Notes under the pieces: generated by a model | Database searches by the model: none | The model's input: the letters and a program-made list of their open reading frames with translations, nothing else | Told to the model about the DNA's origin: nothing | Origin: Arenicellales bacterium | GTDB taxonomy: Bacteria > Pseudomonadota > Gammaproteobacteria > Arenicellales > JAJDZL01 | NCBI GenBank assembly: GCA_958295885.1 | Contig: OY282380.1 | Coordinates: forward strand, 3,711,070-3,775,069 | Length of the DNA: 64,000 nucleotides | Direction: 5' to 3' | Translations under genes and position numbers: made by a program | Part shown: positions 19,551 through 30,086 of the stretch, one piece after another | Layout: every line of letters starts with the position of its first letter | Position numbering within the stretch: the stretch's first letter is position 1

Positions 19551-20578
19551 TTGTATTTTCTTGAGCACCGTCTTTTTTCGTCTATACTGCTGAGTAAGTT
19601 AATCAAAGCCGTCAAAACCTACACCCGCAAAAACGGACAGCCCCGGCACTCCTGCAGACTGGTCGAAAATTACGGCGTCCAAGATAAAGTCAGACAGCGA
19701 ACGCTGCTGAACCTAGGCAGCAAATGGCCGGTTGACAAAGCGCTGTGGCCGGCAGTGACCCAACGCGTGCAGGAAAAACTCGACGGACAACTGGGTCTGT
19801 GGGATGGTGATCTTCAGATCGAACAACACCCCGCTGACATCGTACGGCTGCTGCGCGCCCGCGGCTGGCCGCAGCCGGATTAGCGAACCGACGCCACCGC
19901 CGAGGTTTATCTGGATTCGCTGGAACACGAAGAGCCTCGTTCGGTCGGTGACGAACGCATGAGCCTCAAGGCGCTTGAAGAACTCGGATGGTCCGACCTG
20001 CTGCAGACATTGGGTATCACCGAACGCGACACCAAGCTTTGTGCCGCACTTGTGATCGCGCGCATGCCGCATCCGAGCAGCGAACGAGAAGCCCTGCGCT
20101 GGATGCTTGAAGACAGCGCCATTTTGGAAATCTTGGAACTGGACCAAGCGCTCACTATTTGGCTGAGCAAACTGTATCGTCTCAGTGATCTGCTGTGGAA
20201 GCCTCGCAGCGACCTGCAGCAGGGACTGTGGCAGCGCGAACGCCAACTGCCGTTGTGTTTTACGATCTGACCACTGTTCACTGCCATGGTCTTCAAAATG
20301 GCAGCCTGGTGTGTTTCGGGCGTTCCAAACAAAAGCGCAGCGACTGTCCCCTGATCAGCATGGCGCTGGCGATCAACCGCGCCGGATTTCCGTGTTATTG
20401 TGAAATATTGCCGGGCAATGTCGCCGAATCCAAGACCTTGCAGCAGATGCTGACCCAGCTGCGGGCCCGGCACGACGAAGCGGCACGACGAAGCGGCACG
20501 CCCGACGGTGGTCATGCACGCCGGCATTGGCACCGAAGCGAATCTGCAGAAGCTGGCAGCACAGGGCTACCCGTGGGT
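19551..20578 (+). mobile_element. IS1634-like (IS4-superfamily) transposase remnant, frameshifted and 3'-truncated
   Basis: Three overlapping plus-strand ORF pieces (19551-19883, 19959-20270, 20195-20701) carry the remnant. They read ...KTYTRKNGQPRHSCRLVENYGVQDKVRQRTLLNLG..., ...FYDLTTVHCHG...FGRSKQKRSDCPLISMALAINRAGFPCYCEILPGNVAESKTLQQML... and ...TVVMHAGIGTEANLQKLAAQGYPWV. After that the similarity stops at 20578. The region is GC-rich relative to the core genes. Confidence 0.75.
20468..20493 (+). repeat. perfect 13-bp tandem duplication (cggcacgacgaag x2) inside the IS1634-like remnant
   Basis: Read directly: cggcacgacgaag cggcacgacgaag cggcacg. Since 13 is not a multiple of 3, it is a frameshifting lesion. 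Confidence 0.9.
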
Positions 20579-20650
20579 GAGGCAGTTGCACTATACAGAA
20601 TTTTCATGCACATTTGTGAGTTGACTGAATTCAATAACATTTCTGAAACG
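20579..20650. repeat. copy B of the ~72-nt direct repeat; starts exactly where the IS1634-like remnant ends
   Basis: The sequence gaggcagttgcactatacagaattttcatgcacatttgtgagttgactgaattcaataacatttctgaaacg has the same orientation as copy A. It is probably a second fragment of the IS4-like element. Confidence 0.65.
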
Positions 20651-20899
20651 ATTCTGACAGTGTTCTGCAGCATGAGTGGCAAAGACTCAAGCTTCATTTA
20701 AAAATCGCAGATCCACAAGTTGACCATTATCACTCATTGCATAAAACTCCACTCATCGAGCTCCATCCTTTCGCATAAAGATAAAGACCTGATGAACGAA
20801 TTACAAAACTCGTAGCGTAGAAGTGAGATAGAGAATAACTTAACTATAATGCATACAGATTTTCTACTCACTTTAGATCATTCAGACGTCCGGTTTTTA

Positions 20900-21673
20900 A
20901 TGAGCATTTTTGTACCAAAAACTTCCGATGAAATAAAAAAAATGCGAGTTGCAGGACAGCTCGCGGCTTCTGTGCTGGATATGATTGAACCGCATGTCAT
21001 CGTCGGGATTACGACGGATGAATTGAATTCGATCTGTCACAGATTCATTACAGAAGAGCTGAACGCCATCCCTGCCCCGCTGAATTACCGCGGCTTTCCT
21101 AAATCAATCTGCACATCGATCAATAATGTCGTATGCCATGGGATTCCTGGTCCTCGCGAACTCAAAAGAAGGGACATCATCAATATTGACGTGACGGTTA
21201 TCAAGAATCTGTACCACGGTGACACGAGCCGCATGTATATGGTTGGCAAGCCCACAATTCGAGCTAAACGATTATGTCGAATCACTTATGAATGCATGAT
21301 GAAAGGCATTGAAATATTGAAGCCAGGCGTGAGACTCGGCGACATCGGTCATGTCATTCAAACGCATGCCGAAAACAATGGCTTCTCTGTGGTACGCGAT
21401 TACTGCGGGCATGGAATTGGACGGAATTTTCATGAAGACCCCCACATTCTGCACTACGGCAGGCCCGGGACAGGGTTTGAAGTTATCCCGGGTATGACGT
21501 TTACCATAGAACCCATGCTGAATGCTGGAAAAAAAGAAACCCGGGTTCAGGCAGACAACTGGACCGTAGTGACCAGTGATGGCAGCCTCTCCGCGCAGTG
21601 GGAACACACCGTATTGGTGACCGAAACAGGGTATGAAATCCTGACGCTGTCTCCAAATCAGCTGGAGAACTAA
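20900..21673 (+). CDS. map: methionine aminopeptidase, type I
   Basis: The track ORF starts at 20849. ATG 20900 (MSIFVPKTSDEIKKMRVAGQLAA...) aligns with the canonical Map N-terminus. The ICHGIP and metal-ligand regions are present. The gene is divergent from rpsB as in E. coli/Pseudomonas. Confidence 0.94.
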   Translation: MSIFVPKTSDEIKKMRVAGQLAASVLDMIEPHVIVGITTDELNSICHRFITEELNAIPAPLNYRGFPKSICTSINNVVCHGIPGPRELKRRDIINIDVTVIKNLYHGDTSRMYMVGKPTIRAKRLCRITYECMMKGIEILKPGVRLGDIGHVIQTHAENNGFSVVRDYCGHGIGRNFHEDPHILHYGRPGTGFEVIPGMTFTIEPMLNAGKKETRVQADNWTVVTSDGSLSAQWEHTVLVTETGYEILTLSPNQLEN

Positions 21674-21735
21674 ATCCATCAGTTTTGCATTTCGGTTTTT
21701 TTTGCCCTCACAAAGTGGCCCTGCACCAGTCTGAC

Positions 21736-24414
21736 ATGTCAAATGCCCTTGCGAGTCTGAAAGACAATCAAGTTGACGTCGACCGTTTTCGATCCCGCGT
21801 AAATGCACAGGTCGCTTCGCTCGAACAGCTGCATACCGCTCTAATTTCTCCAGAGGATCTGGTCGCAGCCAGAGCCGAGGCGGTTGATTTGATTCTTAAA
21901 GATGTTTGGACCCTGTTTTTTGGAAACCATGTCGACAGCAATGAACGCGCGAGCCTGATCGCGGTCGGAGGATATGGAAGAGGAGAGCTGAATCCTTATT
22001 CGGATATCGATATTCTGATATTGCTGACCAGCGAAAATCACACACTGACTGAGCAAAGAATCAGGCCGCTCATCCGATTTCTGTGGGACATTGGATTTGA
22101 AATTGGATACAGCGTCCGAAGTCTGAACGAGTGTATGCGACAGGCCCGTGGTGACGTTACAGTCATGACAAATCTGCTGGAGGGACGCCATTGCGCAGGC
22201 TCTTTGCAGCTATTTGAGCAGCTGCAGGTCAAGCTGCAAAATTCAAAAATTTGGCCGGCAAAGAAGTTCTTTAGAGCAAAAGTCAAAGAGCAGGAGTTAA
22301 GACATCATAGATTCGCAGATACCGCCTTCAATCTTGAACCCAATATCAAAGATGGACCCGGTGGGCTGCGCGATATCCACACGATCGCATGGATTGCCAT
22401 GCGACAGTTTGGAACTCGAAGCCTGCATGAACTCGTCACTCGAAGACTATTGAGTGAAGACGAATACCAAATCTTGATCAGCGGTCGCAATTACCTTTGG
22501 AAGTTGCGCAATGAACTCCACATGATGCTGGGTCGACGTGAAGACCGACTGTTGTTTTCACATCAGCTGCAGCTTGCAAAGAGATTCGGTCTTCTAGATG
22601 ACGACCGCAATATTGCAGTTGAAAAGTTGATGAAACCTTATTTTCGGACAGTCAAGGAACTGCGGCACATTAACTTGATGCTGCTGCAGCATTTTGACGA
22701 AAGCTTTCTGCCCCGAAAACGATGGATGACGAAACGCATCAATAATCAGTTTTTGACAGTGGATGGGTGTCTTGATTTCGTAGATTCATCTCTCGTTGAG
22801 AAAAACCCCAAATTACTGATGGAACTTTGCATGCTGTTTCACCATGATTCAAACGTTCGAGGCGTTCGCGCTTCGGCACTTCGTCTGATGCGCTCAAAAA
22901 AGGAACTGATTGATGAACAGATTCGATCAGACCCGGCAGTTCATTCCATGCTGCTTCAGCTGTTTAATCAACCTGACCGAATTTTTCAAACACTGAGTCT
23001 GATGGACGATACGGGAATTCTTGGTCAGTTGATTCCAGATTTCAAAAACGTTACAGGCCAGCTTCAGTACGATCTTTTTCATGTGTACACCGTTGACGCT
23101 CACCTTCTGAATGTAGTCTGGCATCTCCAGCAGCTGACAAAGTCTGCGAAAGTGCAGGAGCTAAAGTTTGCCAGAGAAGCGATGAAGCGCGTAGTTAAAC
23201 CGGAACGACTGTTCATTGCTGCGATCTTTCATGACATAGCCAAAGGACAGGATGGCGATCACTCTGAAATCGGCGAAACCGTAAGCTACGATTTCTGCAG
23301 GCGCATCGGGATGAGTGAATATGATTCTCACTCTGTCGCTTGGCTGGTAAAACACCATCTCCTGATGAGTTACACCAGCCAAAAGAAAAATTTAAATGAT
23401 CCACAAGTGATTACTCGATTCGCTGAAATTGTGGGGAATCAGGACTATTTGGATCATCTGTATCTGCTGACGATTGCGGATATGCGCGGTACGGGTCCTA
23501 CGGTCTGGAATGATTGGAAGGGGCAGATGCTCACACAGCTTTATCTCGAGACGTCAAGATCGCTTCTGATGGACGCTCCACCCCATGAAAAGCTCGAACC
23601 TAGAATTGAGGAAATCAAATCCGACGTCCTGTCCATACTCGGTCGTCACGCCAACTTGACGTCCGCTGCCGAAAATTTCTGGAAATACATGGAAGATGAT
23701 TACTTTCTAAGCAACGACGCAAGCACACTTGCCTGGCATATCCGAGAATGCTCCAGATTGTCGGCAGTTGATCTGCCCGTGGTTTCTTTCCGAGTTCATC
23801 CGTCAATCAAAGTGATTCAGATCTTTATACTCGCCCCAAACTCTGAAAAATTATTCTGTGTTGTTGCAGGCGCGCTCGACCGCTGTTATCTGAATGTCCT
23901 AGACGCACGCAATCATCCGCTGCAGACGGGTTTGACTGCTTTTACCTTCGTTGTGCTGGTCAGAGACGCAGTGGATAGCGCTTCGGAGCGCAACTTGGAC
24001 GCATTTGAGTACGAAGTCAGGAATTCCATGATTGAACAGAGATTTGATCATGCGCCTAGCACCATCGCGCCGGATCGGGTCGCACGGCATTTGTCGTTTC
24101 CTGCCAATGTAACTTTTTATCCGTCACCCAGCAACGATTACACCATTATGGAAGTTTCCGCTCGTGATAGACCAGGCTTGCTCTATCTCGTCGTTCGCAC
24201 CCTGCTGAATCACAAACTTCTGCTGCTTTCGGCAAAAGTCACTACAATCGGAGCCCGAGTTGAGGATGTTTTCTTTCTGATTGACCGAGACGGACATCCA
24301 TTAAACGATGAAGTAGCTCAGCAGTCACTCCGCAGCGAAATCCTGAAGTCTCTCGAAACCGCCCAATCAAGTTCACCACCATTTAGAAAGAGGAATATAG
24401 ATGCCGGATCTTGA
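21736..24414 (+). CDS. glnD: bifunctional uridylyltransferase/uridylyl-removing enzyme (PII)
   Basis: About 890 aa with a nucleotidyltransferase motif ([19 protein letters not shown]), an HD domain (FHDIAKG) and two C-terminal ACT-like regions. The track start at 21685 is TTG; ATG 21736 is preferred. The map-glnD-dapD order is conserved. Confidence 0.93.
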   Translation: MSNALASLKDNQVDVDRFRSRVNAQVASLEQLHTALISPEDLVAARAEAVDLILKDVWTLFFGNHVDSNERASLIAVGGYGRGELNPYSDIDILILLTSENHTLTEQRIRPLIRFLWDIGFEIGYSVRSLNECMRQARGDVTVMTNLLEGRHCAGSLQLFEQLQVKLQNSKIWPAKKFFRAKVKEQELRHHRFADTAFNLEPNIKDGPGGLRDIHTIAWIAMRQFGTRSLHELVTRRLLSEDEYQILISGRNYLWKLRNELHMMLGRREDRLLFSHQLQLAKRFGLLDDDRNIAVEKLMKPYFRTVKELRHINLMLLQHFDESFLPRKRWMTKRINNQFLTVDGCLDFVDSSLVEKNPKLLMELCMLFHHDSNVRGVRASALRLMRSKKELIDEQIRSDPAVHSMLLQLFNQPDRIFQTLSLMDDTGILGQLIPDFKNVTGQLQYDLFHVYTVDAHLLNVVWHLQQLTKSAKVQELKFAREAMKRVVKPERLFIAAIFHDIAKGQDGDHSEIGETVSYDFCRRIGMSEYDSHSVAWLVKHHLLMSYTSQKKNLNDPQVITRFAEIVGNQDYLDHLYLLTIADMRGTGPTVWNDWKGQMLTQLYLETSRSLLMDAPPHEKLEPRIEEIKSDVLSILGRHANLTSAAENFWKYMEDDYFLSNDASTLAWHIRECSRLSAVDLPVVSFRVHPSIKVIQIFILAPNSEKLFCVVAGALDRCYLNVLDARNHPLQTGLTAFTFVVLVRDAVDSASERNLDAFEYEVRNSMIEQRFDHAPSTIAPDRVARHLSFPANVTFYPSPSNDYTIMEVSARDRPGLLYLVVRTLLNHKLLLLSAKVTTIGARVEDVFFLIDRDGHPLNDEVAQQSLRSEILKSLETAQSSSPPFRKRNIDAGS

Positions 24415-25222
24415 ACTAACAATCAATGATGCCTTCAGGAATCGACAAGAATTAAGTCCACGCACGTGTTGTGAGGATATTCGGTCGGCCATTCAGGAAA
24501 CACTGCTGGCGCTTAACAATGGTCGTGTGCGAGTAGCCGAGAAAATCAACGGATCCTGGCAGGTCAACGAATGGGTTAAAAAAGCCGTGCTGCTGTCCTT
24601 CATCACCCAAGACAATTCACTTGTTCGCGACGGGAACGCAGTCTACTTTGATAAAGTCGCTCGAAAATTCAATGAATTTGATGAAAAAGACTTCGTCGAG
24701 GGACAGTATCGAGTCGTTCCACCCGCTACGGTTCGACAAGGTGCTTATATTGGCAGGAATGTGGTTCTCATGCCAAGTTACGTCAACATCGGTGCACACG
24801 TCGGTGATGGCACCATGGTCGATACCTGGGCAACCGTTGGTTCATGCGCTCAAATCGGCAAAAATGTGCATCTTTCCGGTGGAGTTGGAATCGGTGGCGT
24901 ACTCGAGCCGCTCCAAGCGACGCCAACGATCATTGAAGACAATTGTTTTATTGGCGCACGCAGCGAAATCGTGGAAGGTGTCATTGTAGGTCAGGGTTCG
25001 GTCATTTCAATGGGCGTATACATTGGTCAAAGCACCAAAATTTACAATCGTGAAACCGATGAAGTCAGTTACGGCCATGTACCGCCCCGGTCGGTCGTTG
25101 TTTCTGGAAACCTGCCATCCAAAGATGGCAAATATAGCCTGTACTGCGCAGTGATTGTGAAACAGGTTGATGAGAAAACTCGTAGTAAAACTGCGCTGAA
25201 TGAATTGCTGAGAGTGGACTGA
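24401..25222 (+). CDS. dapD: 2,3,4,5-tetrahydropyridine-2,6-dicarboxylate N-succinyltransferase
   Basis: 273 aa with hexapeptide repeats. It overlaps the glnD stop and follows conserved synteny. Confidence 0.93.
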   Translation: MPDLELTINDAFRNRQELSPRTCCEDIRSAIQETLLALNNGRVRVAEKINGSWQVNEWVKKAVLLSFITQDNSLVRDGNAVYFDKVARKFNEFDEKDFVEGQYRVVPPATVRQGAYIGRNVVLMPSYVNIGAHVGDGTMVDTWATVGSCAQIGKNVHLSGGVGIGGVLEPLQATPTIIEDNCFIGARSEIVEGVIVGQGSVISMGVYIGQSTKIYNRETDEVSYGHVPPRSVVVSGNLPSKDGKYSLYCAVIVKQVDEKTRSKTALNELLRVD

Positions 25223-25227
25223 GACTC

Positions 25228-26301
25228 TTACAGGTAGCACTTGTCCACTTTTCGAGTGCCAATCGAAGTCAGCACCTCATAGGGAATTGTTCCTGCTTTT
25301 TTGGCCAGATGTTCCACGGGCAGGCCTTTGCCAAACAGCTGCACTTTGGCTCCGACGCCGACCTCCGGACATTGGGTTATGTCAATTGCGAATGAATCCA
25401 TAGAGACTCGCCCAATCAATTTCGCTCGATTTTTGCCGATCAGCACCTCTCCGCCGCGTGACGAACTTCGAAAATAACCGTCGGCATATCCACACGCTAC
25501 AATTCCCACTCGGGCGGGACCGGAGCTGACCCAGGTCAAGCCGTAGCCAACCGCTTCATTTGGCTGTAAAAGATTGACGGCAATGATGGTGGAATACAAG
25601 CTCATCACCGGTTTGAGATTCAGCTCCTCTGCACTGATGTCTGCAAACGGCGAAACGCCGTAGAGCATGATCCCAGGTCTTACCCAGTCCAAATGGCTTT
25701 TCGTCCAACGCAGGATGCCGGCGGAGTTTGCCAGACTCAAAGGAACCTTATAACTGTCCGCGCATGCCAGGAACCGCTCAGTCTGATGATGCGTAAAGCC
25801 TGACTCCAATTCGTCAGCAACCGCGAAATGGGACATCAATCCTTTCAAATTCACGAAACGGCAGGATCGAATTCGGCGGATTCTCGTTGGCACGCAGCTC
25901 ACCGGAATGCCCAGACGATTCATGCCGGTGTTGACTTTCAGCCAAATCCCAATTCGATTCGGAAGATTGGACTGCTCTAGCTTCATCAGCTGTTCGTCGC
26001 AGTAAATCACCACATCAACATCCAGTCTGTTCAGAACTCGAAGTTGATGTTGCGCAAAAAATCCAGACAGGAGGCACACTGGTTTTTCTGAACCTGTCTC
26101 GCGCAGCTCGACCGCTTCCTCAACCGTTGCAACAGCGAACGCATCTACATAAGGATCGATGGCATTGACAGTCTGCTGCAGGCCGTGACCATACGAATTG
26201 CCTTTTACAACCGCCATCAGCCGCGAATGTGGTGCATGTTCCCGCACTACAGAAACATTGTGGATCAGTGCGGAGGTGTCAATTAAGCAGAAAGTGCGCA
26301 A
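25228..26301 (-). CDS. alr: alanine racemase
   Basis: 357 aa with the PLP-lysine motif AVVKGNSYGHG. It is downstream of dnaB as in E. coli/Pseudomonas. Confidence 0.93.
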   Translation of the reverse strand: MRTFCLIDTSALIHNVSVVREHAPHSRLMAVVKGNSYGHGLQQTVNAIDPYVDAFAVATVEEAVELRETGSEKPVCLLSGFFAQHQLRVLNRLDVDVVIYCDEQLMKLEQSNLPNRIGIWLKVNTGMNRLGIPVSCVPTRIRRIRSCRFVNLKGLMSHFAVADELESGFTHHQTERFLACADSYKVPLSLANSAGILRWTKSHLDWVRPGIMLYGVSPFADISAEELNLKPVMSLYSTIIAVNLLQPNEAVGYGLTWVSSGPARVGIVACGYADGYFRSSSRGGEVLIGKNRAKLIGRVSMDSFAIDITQCPEVGVGAKVQLFGKGLPVEHLAKKAGTIPYEVLTSIGTRKVDKCYL

Positions 26302-26335
26302 ACAAAAAGAATAGCTGGGATCTTACTTATCAGGG

Positions 26336-27814
26336 TCAAATGGCGTCAGTAATGGAAGAAGAAGTGAAATTGTTGAATCGAGTGCATTCCTTCATAAACA
26401 TGAGTTTCACTTTTCCAGTTTCACCATTTCGATGCTTGGAAATGACCAAGTCGGCTAAATTCTGCTCTTCTGACTTTTCATTGTAGTAATCGTCCCGGTA
26501 GATGAAAATGATCAGATCCGCATCCTGTTCAATCGCACCGGAATCACGCAGGTCGGCTAAAATCGGGACTTTGTTCGTTCGTTGTTCAAGGGCTCGATTG
26601 AGCTGTGAAAGAACGATGACCGGAATATTCAGTTCCTGCGCCAAAACTTTCAGTGCTCTGGTGATATTTGCAATTTCAGTTGCGCGGGTTGCATCGGTTG
26701 CCTTCATCTGAAGCAGCTGCAAATAGTCAATAATGACCAGGTCAAGACTTTCTTCTCGATAAATTCGTCTTGTTTTTGCAATGATATCAAGAGGAGAAAT
26801 TCCTGGGGTCGAATCCACGTAAATTGGAAGAGTATCGAGTAGGTTCCATGCGGAGGATATGCGATTCCAATTTTCCTGTTCTTCTCGACCGTTGCCCAAA
26901 TCTCCTTTCTGAATTCGGTTGAAGGCAACTCCGCTTATGGAAGACAGACATCGCATTCCCAACTGGATCGGTGACATTTCCAAACTGAACACTGCCACTG
27001 TCTTCTGACCGACAATCGCAGCATGCTCTGCTATGTTCATTGCCAACGCCGTCTTGCCCATTGACGGGCGTCCCGCAATTACGATTAAATCGGAACCTTG
27101 AAAACCGGCGGTAATTCTATCGAGTTCGACAAATCCAGAAGGAACTCCTGTGATGAAATTTGGACTGGGATTGCTGTACAGCTCCTCAATTCGGTTAAAG
27201 GCGGCACCGGCAGCATCACCAATTGGATTTAAACCTTTTCCCCGTTCAAATTGCACGCTCAATTTGATCAGAAGCTGCTGACCGCGGAGCAGCAGGTCCT
27301 CGGCTGATTCATCTACGCGTGCGAATACCGATTTCTGTATGTCCCTGGAGCTTTCAAGTATCGCTCGCAGCAGCGAACAGTCCTTGACGATCTTGACGTA
27401 AGATTCTAAATTTGCGGAGACCGGGGAGTCATCAGCCAGCTTGGCAAGATAGGCCAGCCCTCCGATTGCATCAAACTCATTGCGACGTTTCATTTTATTT
27501 TGAATCGTGACCAAGTCTATCGATTCGCGCTCCTCATACAGAGCTGACATCGTTTCAAAGATCATTCTGTGTTTGGGCACATAGAAGTCTTTGGCAAGTA
27601 AATTGGTCACGACTTTCTCGATCTGATCATCATCCAGAATGATCGCACCGAGAATCGCTCGTTCGGCAAATTCATTATTTGGTGGAACTGGAAGATTTCC
27701 AGCATAGGATTGGGAAGCTTCTGCAGGAAACGGCGGAGGTGCATAGGCACTGGATGGATTGGCGGCTGAATCCCGAATTATTTTGTCTTGCCGTAAGTGT
27801 TCGTCGGCCAACAC
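26336..27814 (-). CDS. dnaB: replicative DNA helicase
   Basis: 492 aa with PPNNEFAERAILGAIIL at the N-terminus, Walker A GRPSMGKTALAMN, and DLVIIDYLQLL. Confidence 0.95.
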   Translation of the reverse strand: MLADEHLRQDKIIRDSAANPSSAYAPPPFPAEASQSYAGNLPVPPNNEFAERAILGAIILDDDQIEKVVTNLLAKDFYVPKHRMIFETMSALYEERESIDLVTIQNKMKRRNEFDAIGGLAYLAKLADDSPVSANLESYVKIVKDCSLLRAILESSRDIQKSVFARVDESAEDLLLRGQQLLIKLSVQFERGKGLNPIGDAAGAAFNRIEELYSNPSPNFITGVPSGFVELDRITAGFQGSDLIVIAGRPSMGKTALAMNIAEHAAIVGQKTVAVFSLEMSPIQLGMRCLSSISGVAFNRIQKGDLGNGREEQENWNRISSAWNLLDTLPIYVDSTPGISPLDIIAKTRRIYREESLDLVIIDYLQLLQMKATDATRATEIANITRALKVLAQELNIPVIVLSQLNRALEQRTNKVPILADLRDSGAIEQDADLIIFIYRDDYYNEKSEEQNLADLVISKHRNGETGKVKLMFMKECTRFNNFTSSSITDAI

Positions 27815-27860
27815 AGACTCCGTTTTGTACTCACAACCCTGAATCGGCTGTGATTGATTA

Positions 27861-27894
27861 GATGGATTTTCAGCGATTGCACTGAAAATCCATC
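27861..27894. terminator. perfect 13-bp-stem hairpin between rplI and dnaB
   Basis: The sequence gatggattttcag-cgattgca-ctgaaaatccatc was read directly. It lies 28 nt downstream of the rplI stop. No strong T-run follows on the minus strand, so it may be an attenuator or REP-like hairpin rather than a canonical intrinsic terminator. Confidence 0.4.
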
Positions 27895-27921
27895 ACACAT
27901 TTAATCTTTCTGACTCTAAGA

Positions 27922-28371
27922 CTAAGTATCGGCCACTACGATCAGCTCAATGTCGAAACTGACATCTGGGTGAAAACTGACTGCGGCTGCAAAATTCCCT
28001 GTGGTTTTGATGGCTTCGCTCGGCATCGTAATCTCTGAGCGAAGCAGTTCCGTACCTACTTCAGCTGCCCGCTGCATGACGTCCGTTTCCGTTACCGACC
28101 CAAACAAACGCTCTTGAGCATCAATTACTTTTCGAACAAACGTAAGTTTTTTTACTGCGGATTCTGCTCGAGCTTTTGCTACATCCAATCGTCCCTTTTC
28201 CTCGAGTACCAGCAACTGGCGATGTTTTTCAATTTTAGCTTTCGCTTCAGTCGTTGCTCTTACAGCAAGTTGCTGTGGAATCAAAAAATTTCGAGCATAT
28301 CCTTTCTTTACTTCGACTGTTTCGCCAAACTCGCCGAGTGTGTCAATCGTTTTCAACAATACAACCTGCAT
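27922..28371 (-). CDS. rplI: 50S ribosomal protein L9
   Basis: 149 aa starting MQVVLLKTIDTLGEFGETVEVKKGYARNFLIP. Confidence 0.96.
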   Translation of the reverse strand: MQVVLLKTIDTLGEFGETVEVKKGYARNFLIPQQLAVRATTEAKAKIEKHRQLLVLEEKGRLDVAKARAESAVKKLTFVRKVIDAQERLFGSVTETDVMQRAAEVGTELLRSEITMPSEAIKTTGNFAAAVSFHPDVSFDIELIVVADT

Positions 28372-28385
28372 GCTGCACTCCCAGT

Positions 28386-28628
28386 TTACTGTGAGTCTGT
28401 ATATCGGATCAGGGCTAAGTATCGTGCGCGTTTGATTGCCCGTGCAAGCTGTCGCTGATAAATTGCTTTCGTACCCGTACTTCGACTTGGATAAATTTTG
28501 CCAGACTCGGATATGAATGACTCCAGCATATCAACATCCTTGTAATCGATTTCACTGATTTTTCCAGCTGTGAACTGGCAATATCTTCGGTATTTTCGGT
28601 ATTTTCGATATTTTTTTCGCCTGATCAT
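28386..28628 (-). CDS. rpsR: 30S ribosomal protein S18
   Basis: 80 aa containing ...[27 protein letters not shown]...[16 protein letters not shown]. Confidence 0.96.
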   Translation of the reverse strand: MIRRKKYRKYRKYRRYCQFTAGKISEIDYKDVDMLESFISESGKIYPSRSTGTKAIYQRQLARAIKRARYLALIRYTDSQ

Positions 28629-28630
28629 GA

Positions 28631-29140
28631 TTAGTTTTCCCCTTTTGCAGCGGTTTTCCGTGCGGCCAATTTACTTCTTGAATCTTGACCTTTATCTGAA
28701 GCAGACGCATTGTTCGTCGATGCGGATGCTGCTGCTTCAGTTTGTTCAGCCTGTTGTTCCGCTTTCAGCTGCTGAGCTCGCGCCTCTTCTTCGGCAATTC
28801 GCTCTTCCTCCCACTGTTCTTGGAGTTTCTTGTAAACAGGAGAATGACCTGAAATCGCTTTCTCGACTCGAATGACTAAATTTCGAATGATTGAATCGTT
28901 GTAGCGAAACGCATTCTCAAGTTCATTTTTAGTTGCTGGACTGCATTCAACATTCAGCAGTATATAGTTGGCTTTATACAGATTCTGGATCGGGTACGCC
29001 AGCCGTCGTCGCCCCCAGTTTTCTAAACGATGTATGACACCGCCTGATGTCTCGATCATTCGTCGATATTTCGCAACGAGATCGTCAATGTTGTCGCTGT
29101 GATTAGGATGAATCAGTGCGACAATTTCATAGTGACGCAT
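28631..29140 (-). CDS. rpsF: 30S ribosomal protein S6 (long Ala/Glu/Gln-rich C-terminal tail)
   Basis: 169 aa starting [16 protein letters not shown]. It sits immediately upstream of rpsR with no priB between them. Confidence 0.95.
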   Translation of the reverse strand: MRHYEIVALIHPNHSDNIDDLVAKYRRMIETSGGVIHRLENWGRRRLAYPIQNLYKANYILLNVECSPATKNELENAFRYNDSIIRNLVIRVEKAISGHSPVYKKLQEQWEEERIAEEEARAQQLKAEQQAEQTEAAASASTNNASASDKGQDSRSKLAARKTAAKGEN

Positions 29141-29294
29141 AGTTTGTCTCCTTTAGGATTACAGCCTTGGATGACCGGTATCGCCAAGGCAAGGAGTGAA
29201 TGAAAATACCGGAAACACTAATTTTATTACTTTATCCTTTCAACTGGCAAAACTTTTTTCGTCGAATGAAGCAGCGCCAAATCACGCGGTCAGT

Positions 29295-30086
29295 CTAGTC
29301 GGCAAACTTAGGTTTTCTTTTTTCGACGAAAGCTCGCACCCCTTCGGTAAAATCTTGAGACACTGCGCACTTAAGAAAATTCTGCAATTCAGTCTGCAGC
29401 TGATTTTTGAGATCATTCTGCAGTGACTGGCGAACCATCCGTTTCGCTGAACTCACCGCATTGCGCGCGGAGTTTGCGATGACCTGAGCGGCTGCCCGCG
29501 TTTCAGACTCCAACTTATGGTCATCCACAACCGAGTTGATCAAACCCATCTGCAACGCCTCTTCAGCAGAATACCGTTTCGTCAACAGAATGATTTCCAT
29601 TGCTTTTTTGCTGCCCACGGATCTGGGCAAATAGTAAGTGCTCCCTCCATCTGGAGAAGTTCCCAGCAAGTTATAGGCTGACGTATAGAAAGAATTGCTA
29701 GATGCGATTGCCAAATCGCATCCTGCAACCAAGCTGATTCCAAATCCCGCTGCTGCACCGCGCACGCTTGCAATCACCGGTGCGGGCAGTGCTGCGAGCC
29801 TTTCAACAAGTGAGTGAACATCACAGATCAACTGATTGAACATTCCAACCTTGTATTCTTTGCTTTCATTGATTGATTGGTGAAAAAATACAATATCGCC
29901 ACCTGCCATGAAGTGATTGCCCTCGCCTCGGATGATTACGCAGCGAACATCATGATTCGTTTCAATTTGAGCGATGACGTCCAGCAACTGTTCAAGCATG
30001 TCCCGATTCAACGCATTCAGTTGCTTCGGACGGTTCATGGTAATTTCGAAAATTCCATCATTGAAAGAAGTTTCAACAGCACTCAT
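29295..30086 (-). CDS. enoyl-CoA hydratase/isomerase (crotonase) family protein
   Basis: 263 aa with a crotonase pattern (ITMNRPKQLNALN...FMAGGDI...ASVRGAAAGFGISL). Confidence 0.85.
   Translation of the reverse strand: MSAVETSFNDGIFEITMNRPKQLNALNRDMLEQLLDVIAQIETNHDVRCVIIRGEGNHFMAGGDIVFFHQSINESKEYKVGMFNQLICDVHSLVERLAALPAPVIASVRGAAAGFGISLVAGCDLAIASSNSFYTSAYNLLGTSPDGGSTYYLPRSVGSKKAMEIILLTKRYSAEEALQMGLINSVVDDHKLESETRAAAQVIANSARNAVSSAKRMVRQSLQNDLKNQLQTELQNFLKCAVSQDFTEGVRAFVEKRKPKFAD

Noticed and set aside
28628-28631. Absence of priB between rpsF and rpsR
   Set aside because: The arrangement rpsF-rpsR-rplI-dnaB-alr without priB is normal for Pseudomonas-like gammaproteobacteria and is not an anomaly.
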